Below are positions 53,401-64,000 of a DNA stretch of 64,000 nt, piece by piece. Position 1 is the stretch's first letter. The number at the start of each line of letters is the position of its first letter. The stretch is from the human T2T-CHM13v2.0 reference genome, Homo sapiens. The position numbers and the translations under genes are program-made. The stretch lies in the NCBI RefSeq assembly GCF_009914755.1, contig NC_060946.1; one strand, given 5' to 3'. The notes beneath the pieces are model-generated. The model was not told the origin of the DNA. It was given only the letters and a program-made list of their open reading frames with translations, and ran no database searches.

Positions 53401-56040
53401 CCTTCCATTCCATTCCTCTCCGGTTGTTCCATTCCATTCCACTCGGGTTGTTTCCATTCCATTCCATTCCATTTTATTCCATTCCATTCCATTACAATAC
53501 ATTCTATACCATTCCACTCGGGTTGATTCCATACCATTCTATTCCATTCCATTCCATTAAATTCCATACCATTCCATTCCACTCGGGTAGATTCCATTCC
53601 ATTCCATTCCATTCCACTCGGGATGATTCCATTCCATTCCATTATATTCCGTTCCATTCCATTCATTTACATTACACTCCGGTTGATTCCATAGAATTCC
53701 ATTTCATTCCCTTCAGTTCCAAACCATTCGTGTTGATTCCATTCCATTCCGTTCCATTCCATTCCATTCCTTTCCATTCCATTCCATTCCATTCGGGTTG
53801 ATTCCATTCCATTCCATTCCATTCCACTCCATTCCTTTCCATTCCACTCCATTACATTACATTCCATTCTATCCGGATTGATTCCATGCCATTCCATTCC
53901 ATTTCATTCCATTCCATTCCAGTTGATTCCACTGGATTCAATTCCGTTCCATTCCATTCCATTCCATTCCATTCCACTCGATTTGATTCCACTCCATTCC
54001 ATTGCATTACATTCCTTTTCATTCCAATCGGGTGGATTCCATTCCACTCCATTCCATTGCATTACATTCCATTTCACTCCATTCGGGTGGATTCCATTCC
54101 ATTCCACTCCATTCCACTCGTTTTGATTCCATTCCTTTCCTTTCCATTCCATTCCATTCCATTCCATTCCATTCCATTCCGTTCCATTACATTCGTGTTG
54201 ATTCCTTTCCATTCCACTCCAATCCATTCCATTGCATTCCAATGAATTCCATTCCATTCGTGTTGATTCCATTCCATTCCACTCCAATCCATTCCATTCC
54301 ATTCCAATGCATTCCATTCCATTCAATTCCATTCACATTCAATCTATTCCATTACATTTCTTTCCGTTCTGTTCCATTCCGTTCCATTCCATTACATACC
54401 ATTCCATTCCACTTCATACCATTCCATTCCACTCGGGTTGATCCCATTCCATCCCATTATATTCCGTTCCATTCCATTCCATTCCACTCGGGTTGCTTCC
54501 TATCCATTCCATTCCATTCCATTCCATTCCATTCCATTCCATTCCACTCGGGATGTTTGCATTCCATTCCTTTCCATTTCATTCTATTCCATTCCATTCC
54601 ATTCCGTTCCATTCCATCCCATTGCATTCTATTCCATTCCATTCCACTCCATTCCATTCCATTCCATTCCATTCCATTCCATTCCACTCGGGATATTTCC
54701 ATTCCATTCCATTCCATTGCATTCCGTTCCGTTCCATTCCATTCCATTCCTTTCCATTCCTTTCAATTCCATTAAATTCCATTCCATTCCATTCCACTCG
54801 GGTAGATTCCATTCCATTCCATGCCATTCCATTCCATTCCATTAGTTTGTAATCGGGTTGATTCCAATCCATTCCATTATATTCAAGTCCTTTTCATTCC
54901 ATGCCTTTCCACTCGGGTTGTTTCCATTTTGTTGTATTCCATTCCATTCCATTCCATTCCTTTCCATTCCATTCCATTCCATTGCATTCCATTCCACTCG
55001 GATTGTTTCCATTCCGTTCCATTAGTTTCCATTCCATTCCATTCCTTTCCATTCCATTCCATTCCATTCCATTCCTTTCCATTCCATTCCATTCCTTTCC
55101 ACTCAAGGTGATTCCATTCCATTCCATTCCAATGCATTCCATTCCAGTTGATACCATTCCATTGCATTGTCTCCATTCCATTCCATTACATTCCATTCCA
55201 TTCCATTACATTACATTCCACTCGGTTTGTTTCCATTCCATTTTATTCCATTCCTTTCCATTGCATTATATTCTATATCATTCCCCTCGCGTTGATTCCA
55301 TACCATTCTATTCCATTCCATTGCATTAAATTCCATTCCATTCCATTCAACTCGGGTAGATTCCATTCCATTCCATGCCATTCCATTCCATTCCATTCCA
55401 TTCCATTCCATTCCATTCCATTTAATCCATTACATTCCATTCCACTCGGGTAGATTCCATTCCATTCCATGCCATTCCATTCCATTCCATTCCATTCCAT
55501 TCCATTCCATTCCATTCTATTAGTTTGTAATCGGGTTGATTCCAATCCATTCCATTATATTCAAGTCCTTTCCATTCCATGCCATTCCACTCGGGTTGTT
55601 TCCATTTTGTTGTATTCCATTCCATTCCATTCCATTCCATTCCATTCCATTCCATTCCATTCAATTCAACTCGGGTTGTTTCCATTACGTTCCATTAGTT
55701 TCCATTCCATTCCATTCCTTTCCATTCCATTCCATTCCATTACTTTCTACTCACGGTGATTACATTCCATTTCATTCCAATGCATTCCATTCCCGTTGAT
55801 ACCATTGCATTGCATTGTTTCCATTCCATTCCATTCCATTAGATTACGTTCCATTCTATCTGGTTTGATTGATTTCCATTCCATTCCATTCCATTCCATT
55901 GCATTCCATTCCTCTCGGGTTGATTCCATTCCATTCCATGCCCTTTTATTCCCCTCCATTCCATTCCATTCCATGCCATTCCATTCCATTCCATTCCATA
56001 CCATTCCACCAAAGTTGATTGCATGCTATTCCACTCCATT
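50430..56040 (+). repeat. ~2.7-2.8 kb tandem duplication
   Basis: ACAATAC 50808/53494, CCGGATTG 51192/53873, AATGAATTCC 51450/54241, GATGTTTGC 51741/54552, CTCAAGGTG 52336/55102, GATTACG 53071/55842; ACCAAAGTTG at 50531, 53222, 56008. Confidence 0.9.
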
Positions 56041-59000
56041 CCATTCCATTCGATTCCACTCCATTCCATTCCATTCCATTTCATTGCATTCCATACCATT
56101 CCAGTTGATTCCATTGCCTTCCATTCCGTTCCATTCCATTCTATTCTATTCCATTCCACTCGGGTTGATTCCATTCCATTCTGTTGCATTATATTCCATT
56201 TCATTCCACTATGATTTATTCCATTCCATTCCATTCCATTCCACTCGGGTTCATTCCATTCCATTCCATTCCATTCCATTCCATTCCATTCCATTCCATT
56301 CCATTTCGCTCGGTTTGATTCCATTCCATTCAATTACATTTTATTCCATTCCATTCCGTTCCATTCCATTCAATTCCATACTATTCCTCTCGGGTTGATT
56401 CCATACCATTCCATTCCGCTCCATTCCATTCCATTCCTTTCCATTCCATTCCATTCATTCCACTAGGGTTGATTCCATTCCATTCCATTCCATTCCATTC
56501 CAACGCATTCCATTCCACTCGTTTGGTTTCCATTCCATTCCAGTGGTTTCCATTCCATTCCATTCCATTCCATTCCATTCCATTCCATTCCATTCCATTA
56601 AATTCCATTCCATTCCACTCAGGTAGATTCCTTTCCTTTCCGTTCCGTTCCATTCCATTCCATTCCATTCCAGTTGATTCCAGTGCATTCCATTCCGTTC
56701 CATTCCATTCCATTCCATTCAATTCCATTCCACTCCATTCCATTCTATTCCATTCCTCTCGGCTTGATTCCATTCCATTCCATTCCATTCCATTTTATTC
56801 CACTCCATTCGGGTTCATTCCATTCCATTCTATACCATTCCATTCCAGTTGATTCCATTCCATTCCATTCCATTCCATTCCATTCCTTTCCGTTCCGCTC
56901 TTGTTGTTTCCATTGCATTCCATTCCATTCAATTTTATCCCACTCCACTCGGGTTGATTCCATTCCATTCCATTCCATTCCACTCCATTCCATTCCGTTC
57001 CATTCCATTCCATTCCATTCCACTCAGGTTGGTTCACTTCCTTTCCATTCCATTCCATTGCATTCCATTCCAGTTGATTCCATTGCATTCCATTTAATCA
57101 AATGCATTCCATTCCTTTCCATTCCATTCCATTCCATTCCATTCCATTCCATTCCATTCCATTCGGTTTGATTCCATTCCATTCCATTCCATTCAATTCC
57201 ATTCTATTCCACTCCATTCCGTTCCATTCCATTCCATTCCACTCTGGTTGATTCCATTCCACTCCATTCCAATCCATTCCTTTCCATTCCATTCCATTCC
57301 ATTCCGTTCCATTCCATTCCATTCCACTCGGGTTCATTCCATTCCATTCCGTTCCATTACATTCCGTTCCATTCCGTTCCAATCCATTCCATTGCATTCC
57401 ACTCGGGTTGATTCCATTCCATTCCATTACATTCCATTCCATTCGGGTTGATTACTTTACATTCAATTCCATTCCATACCATTGGATTCCATTCCGTTCC
57501 ATTCCATTCGTGTTCATTCAATTCCACTCCATTCCATTCCACTCCATTCCTAAGCATTACATTCCACTCGGGTGAATCTATTCCACTGCATTCCAATCCC
57601 TTCAATTCCATTCCAATCCATTGCATTCCATTCAATTTCACTGGCATTCAGTCTATTCCATTCCATTCCATTCCGTTCTGTTCCATTGCATTCCATTGCA
57701 TTCCATACCATTCCATTCCACTCGGGATGATTCCATTCCATTCAATTCCATTCCGTTCCATTCCATCGCATTCCATTCCATTCCATTCCATTCCATTCCA
57801 TTCCATTCCATTCCATTCCATGCAGGTTGATTGCATTCCATTCCATTCTGTTCCATTCCACTCGGGGTGATTCCATTCTGTTCCTTTCCATTTCATTCCA
57901 TTACATTCCATGCCATTCAATTACACTCCATTCCATTCTATTCCACTCCGGTTGATTCCTTTACATTCCATTCCATTCCATTTCACTCTGGTTGATTCCA
58001 TTCCATTACTTTCCATTTTATTACATTCCATTCCGTTCCATTCCATACCATTCCATACCATTCCACTCAGGTTCACTCCATACCATTCCATTCCATTCCA
58101 TTCCATTCCATTGCATTCCATTCCATTCGGGTTGGATCCATTCCATTCCATTCCATTCCATTCCATTCCATTCCATTCCATTCCATTCCATTGCATTCCA
58201 CTCCATTCCATTTCATTCCATTCCGTACTGGTTGATTCCATTCCATTCCATTCCCATCGATTCCATTCCATTGTTTTCCAAGCTATTCCATTACATTCCA
58301 TTCCAGTCGGGTTGATTCCATTCCATTCCATTGCAATCCATTCCATTCCATTCCATTTCACTCTATTCCATTCCATTGCATTGCATTGCATTCCATTCCA
58401 TTCCATTCCATTCCATTCCATTCCATTCCATTCCATTACATTCTATTCCACTCGGGATTATTCCATAACATTCCATTCCAGTCAGGTTGATTCCATTCCA
58501 TTCCATTCCAATCCATTCCATTCCATTCCATTTCATTCCATTCCATTGCATTGCATTCCATTCCATTCCATTGCATTCCATTCCATTGCATTCCATTCCA
58601 TTCCATTCCATTCCATTCCATTCCATTCCATTCCACTCGGGATTATTCCATACCATTCCATTCGATTCCATTCCATTCATTCCTTTCCATTCCATTTCAT
58701 TCCAGTCTGGTTGATTCCACTCCATTCCTTTACATTCCATTCCAGTCCATTCTATTCCATTCCATTCCATTCCATTCCATTCCATTCCATTGCATTCCAA
58801 TCCATTCCATTGCATTCGATTCCATTCAGTTTGCTTCCATTCCGTTCCAGTATTTTCCATTCCATTCCATTCCATTCCATTCCATTCCATTCCATTTGAT
58901 TCAGGTTGATTGCATTCCATTCCATTCCATTCCATTCCAGTCCATTCCATTGCATTCCTTTCCATTCCATTCCACTCGTGTTGATTCCATTAGATTCCAT

Positions 59001-62000
59001 TCCATTCCATTCCACTGAGGTTGATTACATTCCTTTCCATTCCATTGCATTCCATCCGTGTTGATTCCATTGCATTCCATTCCGTTCCACTCCATTCCAT
59101 TCCATTTCATTCCATTCCACTTGATTAAATTCCTTTCCATTCCATTCCATTCCATTCCATTCCATTCCATTCCGTTCCATTCTACTCGGGTTGATTTTAT
59201 TCAATTCCATTCCATTCCATTCCACTGATGTTTATTCCATTCCACTCCATTCCATTCCATTCCATTCCATTCGGGTTTATTCCATTTCATTCCATTCCAT
59301 TCCATTCCACTGCATTCCATTGCTTTCCATTCCATTCCATTCCATTCCATTCCATTCCATTCCATTCCATTCCATTCCTTTACACTCGAGTGGTTTCCAC
59401 TCCATTCCATTGCATTACATTCCATTTCATTCCAATAGAGTGGATTCCATTCCATTCCATTCCATTCCACTCTGGTTGATTCCATTCTGTTCCTTTCCAT
59501 TCCATTTCATTCCATTCCATTGCATTCCATTCCATTCCATTCGTGTTGATTCCATTCCATTCCACTCCAATCCATTCCATTCCATTCCAATCCATTCCAT
59601 TCCATTCAATTCCACTCGCATTCAATCTATTCCATTGCATTTCATTCTGTTCTGTTCCATTCCATTCCACTGGATTTCATACCATTCCATTCCACTCGGG
59701 ATGATTCCATTCCGTTCCATTTTATTCCGTTTCTTTCCATTCCATTCCATTCCATTCCACTCGCGTTGATTCCATTCCATTCCATTCCATTCCATTCCAT
59801 TCCATTCCATTCCATTCCATTCCACTCGGTTTGTTTCCATTCCATTCCTTTCCATTTCATTCTATTCCATTCCATTCCAATCCATTGTATTCCATTCCAT
59901 TCCACTCCATTCCATTCCATTCCTCTCCGGTTATTCCATTCCATTCCATTCCATTCTACTTGGTTTGTTTCCATTCCGTTCCATTCCATTTTATTCCATT
60001 CCATTCCATTCCATTACATTCCATTCCATACCATTCCACTCGGGTTGATTCCATACCATTCTATTCCACTACATTCCATTAAATTCCATTCCATTCCATT
60101 CCACTCGGGTAGATTCCATTCCATTCCATTCCATTCCATTCCATTCCATTCCGTTCCATTCCGTTCCATTCCATTCCATTCCATTCCATTCCATTCCATT
60201 CCATTCCATTCCATTAAATTCCATTCCATTCCATTCCACTCGGGTAGATTCCATTCCATTCCATTCCATTCCATTCCATTCCATTAGTTTCTAATCAGGT
60301 TGATTCCAATCCATTCCATTATATTCAAGTCCAAGTACTTTCCATTCCACGCCTTTCCACTCGATTTCTTTCCATTTTGTTGTATTCTATTCCATTCCAT
60401 TCCATTCCTTTCCATTCCATTGCATTGCATTCCATTCCACTCTTCTTGTTATCATTCCGTTCCATTATTTTCCATTCCATTCCATTCCTTTCCATTCCAT
60501 TCCATTCCTTTCCACTCAGGGTGATTCCATTCCATTCCATTCCATACCAATGCATTCCATTCCAGTTTATACCATTGCATTGCATTGTTTCCATTCCATT
60601 CCATTCCATTCCACTCCACTCTGTTTGATTCATTTCCATTCCATTCCATTCCATTCCATTCCATTCCATACCATTCCACCAAAGTTGATTGCATGCTCTT
60701 CCTTTCCATTCCATTCCATTCCAGTCAATTCCATTCCTTTCCACTTGGGTTGATTCCATTGAATTCAATTCAGTTCCATCCCATTCCGTTCCATTCCATT
60801 CCATTCCATTTCATTCCATTGCTTTCCACTCGGGTTGATTCCATTCCATTCCATTCCATACCATTCCAAAAAGTTGATTGCATGTTATTCCATTCCATTC
60901 CACTCCACTAAATTCCATTCCATTCCATTCCATTCCTTTCCACTCGGGTTGATTCCATGCCTTTCAATTCCTTTCCGTTCCGTTCCATTCCGTTCCATTT
61001 TATTCCATTGCATTCCACTCGGGTTGATTCCATTCCATTCCATTCCATTCCATTCCATTGCATTACTTTCCATACGTTTTGGGTTAATTCCTTTCCAATC
61101 CATTCCACTACGTACATTACCACTCCATTCCGTTACATTCCATTCGGGTTGATTCCATTACATTCCATTCCGTTCCATTCCATTCCATTCCAGACCATTC
61201 CACTAGGGTTGATTCCATACCGTTCCATTCCTTTGCATTCCATTCCATTCCATTCCACTCGGGTTGATTCCATTCCTTTCCATTCCATTCCATTCCATTC
61301 CATTACATTCCATTCCACTTGGGTTGATTCCATTCCATTCCAATCCATTCCATTCCATTCCGTTCCATTGGGGTCCATTCTATTCCGTTCCGTTCCATTC
61401 CATTCAATTCCATCCCATTGCATTCCATACCATCCCATTCCATTCCATTGCATTCATTCCTTTCCATTCCATTCCATTTCAGTCACGTTGATTCCATTCC
61501 ATTCCTTAACATTCCATTCCAATCCATTCCATTCCATTGCATTCCATTCTACTCGGGTTGTTTCCATTCCATTCCAGTAGTTTCCATTCCATTCCATTCC
61601 ATTCTATTTGGCTCAGGTTTATTCCGTTCCATTCCATTCCATTCCATTCCATTCCATTCCATTTGGCTCAGGTTGATTCCATTCCATTCCATTCCATTCC
61701 ATTCCATTCCATTCCATTCCATTCCTTTCCAGTTGATTCCATTGCATTACGTTCCAATCCATTCCATTCCATTCCATTCCATTCCATTCCACTCTGGTTG
61801 ATACCATTCCGTTCCACTCGATTCCATTCTGTTCCACTCAGGTTGATTCCATTCTATTCCATTCCATTTTATTCCACTCCACTCGGGTTGATTCCATTCC
61901 ATTCCATTCCATTCCATTCCATTCCATTCCATTCCATTCCATTCCATTCCATTGCATTCCACTCTCGTTGATTCCATTGCATTCCATTCCATTCCACTCC

Positions 62001-62814
62001 ATTCTATTCCATTTCATTCCATTCCAGTTGATTCCATTCCTTTCCATTTCATTCCATTCCATTCCGTTCCATTCTACTCGGTTTGATTTCATTCCATTCC
62101 ATTCCATTCCATTTCATTCCACTGGTGTTTATTCCATTCAACTCCACTCCATTCAATTCCAATCCATTCCATTCCATTCCATTCCATTCCATTCCATTCC
62201 ATTCCATTCGGGTTTATTCCATTTCATTCCATTCCATTCCATTCCATTCCATTGCATTCCATTCCTTTCCATTCCATTCCATTCCATTCCATTCCAGTCC
62301 ATTCCATTGCATTCCTTTCCATTCCATTCCACTCATGTTGATTCCATTCCATTCCATTCCATTCCATTCCACTCCATTCCAATCCATTACATTCCACTCG
62401 GGTTGAATACTTTTCATTCCATTCCAATGCATTCCCTTCCATTCAATCAATTCCATTCCATTCCATTCCGTTCTGCTCCACTCCATTCCATTGCATTCCA
62501 TAACATTCCATTCCACTCGTGTTGATTCCATTGAATTCCATTCCATTCCATTCCATTCCGTTCCTTCCATTCCATTCAATTCCATTCCAGTGTATTGCAT
62601 GCCATTCCATTCTATTCTATTCCATTCCATTCCATTCCATTTGACTCATGTTGATTCCGTTCCATTCCATTCCTTTCCATTCCATTCCTTTCCATTCCTT
62701 TCCAGTTGTTTCCATTGCATTCCATTCCGTTCCATTCCATTCCATTCTGTTCCATTCCATTCCATTCCATTGCATTCCATTCGGGTTGATTCCATTCCAT
62801 TCCATCCCATTCCA

Positions 62815-63066
62815 TTCCATTCCATTCCATTCCATTCCATTCCATTCCATTCCGTTCCGTTCCACTCGGCTTGATTCCCGTCCATTCCATTCCATTTTAT
62901 TCCACTCCACTCGGGTTGATTCCATTCCATTCCGTTCCATTCCATTCCATTCCATTCCATTCCATTCCATTCCGTTCCGTTCCACTCGGCTTGATTCCCG
63001 TCCATTCCATTCCATTTTATTCCACTCCACTCGGGTTGATTCCATTCCATTCCGTTCCATTCCATT
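62815..63066 (+). repeat. Exact 120 bp tandem duplication
   Basis: 62821-62940 is identical to 62941-63060, including the rare CTCGGCTTGATTCCCGTCC motif. Confidence 0.95.
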
Positions 63067-64000
63067 ACATTCCATTCCATTTCATTCCACTCGTGTTGAT
63101 TCCATTGGATTCCATTCCATTCCACTCCATTCCATTTCATTCCATTCCATTCCACTCCATTCCATTTCATTCCATTCCATTCCATTCCATTGCATTCCAT
63201 TGCATTCCATTAAATTCCATTCCATTCCATTCCATTCCATTCCATTCCATTCCATTCCATTTGTGTTGATTCCATTCCATTCCATTCCATTCCATTCCAT
63301 TCCATTCCATTCCATTCCACTGGAATCCATTACTTTCCTCTCGGGTTGAATCCTTTCCATTCCATTCCCGTGCATTCCCTTCCATTCAATTCCACTCGGA
63401 TTCAATCAATTGCATTCCATTCCATTCCGTTCAGTTCAACTCCATTCCATTGTATTCCATACCATTCCATTCCACTAGGGTTGATTCCATTGAATTCCAT
63501 TCCATTCCATTCCATTCCACTCCATTCCGTTCCATTCCATTCTATTTCATTCCGTTCCATTGCATTCCACTCGGGTTGATTCAATTCCATTCCATTCCAT
63601 TCCATTCCATTCCGTTGCATTCCATTCCATTCCATTCCACTCCTGTTGATTCCCTTCCATTCCATTCCATTCCATTCCACTTGGGTTGATACCACTCCGT
63701 TCCTTTCCATTTCATTCTATACCATTCCATTCCATTCCGTGCCATTCAATTCGTGTTGATTACATTCCATTCCATTCCATTCCACTCCATTCCAATCCAT
63801 TACATTCCACTCGGGTTGAATCCATTCCTTTCCATTCCAATCCATTCCACTCCTTTCCAATCCATTCCATTCCATTCAATTCCACTTGGATTCAATCTAT
63901 TCTTTCCATTCCATTCCGTTCTGTTACATTCCATTCCATTGCATTAGATACCATTCCATTGCACTCGGGATGATTCCATTCAATTCCATTATATTCCTTT

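Larger units (their letters stand above)
1..64000 (+). repeat. Human Satellite 3 (HSat3/SatIII) array, (CATTC)n on + strand, pericentromeric/heterochromatic type
   Basis: Continuous ATTCC pentamers across the window, regularly interrupted by ACTCGGGTTG/ATTCGGGTTG (e.g. 511-520, 801-810). This decamer distinguishes satellite 3 from satellite 2. The + strand is very G-poor throughout and no non-satellite segment was seen. Confidence 0.98.
42750..64000 (+). repeat. More diverged HSat3 domain built from the same ancestral modules
   Basis: Module heads are still recognisable (AGTTT(C/G)TAATC at 43591, 45684, 48895, 52043, 52741, 54844, 55522, 60286) but carry many private substitutions. Confidence 0.8.

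Noticed and set aside
1-64000. Hundreds of ORFs (poly-HSIPF on +, poly-MEWNG on -)
   Set aside because: A stop-free pentamer gives the same pentapeptide in all three frames. The ORFs overlap on both strands, have no domain content, and start and stop at satellite variants.
1-64000. CRISPR-like pattern of ACTCGGGTTGATTCC repeats with variable spacers
   Set aside because: The intervening DNA is itself CATTC repeat of irregular length, with no unique spacers, leader or cas genes.
1-64000. Assignment to Yq12 DYZ1 or chr15 D15Z1
   Set aside because: No regular ~3.6 kb or ~1.8 kb unit. The HaeIII (GGCC) sites I saw, at 7521, 16419, 32475 and 36311, are irregular. Chromosome and subfamily need a k-mer search.
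1-64000. Satellite 2 (HSat2)
   Set aside because: Lacks the dominant CATTCGATTC/GATGATTCC ~23-26 bp pattern. TCGA is sparse and the Sat3 decamer dominates.
1-64000. Strand inversion or Alu/L1 insertion
   Set aside because: No GGAAT-oriented tract, poly(A) tail or non-satellite segment was seen.

Overview
The whole 64 kb is human-type Satellite 3 (HSat3/SatIII; human or another great ape). It is a diverged (CATTC)n array in one orientation, punctuated by the diagnostic decamer A(C/T)TCGGGTTG. I found no gene, RNA gene, transposon insertion, inversion or CRISPR array. The listed ORFs are artefacts, because CATTC and GGAAT repeats lack stop codons and read HSIPF and MEWNG. I cannot support a new gene-based biological system here; what is interesting is the nested repeat architecture, traced by eye from rare variant k-mers. 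(1) 1-21.2 kb is a young, near-identical higher-order repeat: copies of ~7.8 kb and ~8.9 kb plus a truncated third, built from modules whose copy number varies independently. (2) 21.2-42.7 kb holds older block duplications at ~6.6-7.8 kb offsets and an unexpanded, ancestor-like copy of part of the young unit. (3) 42.7-64 kb is more diverged, with a ~2.75 kb tandem duplication and an exact 120 bp duplication. Nearly every shift of the 5-bp register is -1, with one +6 exception. Boundaries are approximate (about +/-50 bp) and identities were not computed.
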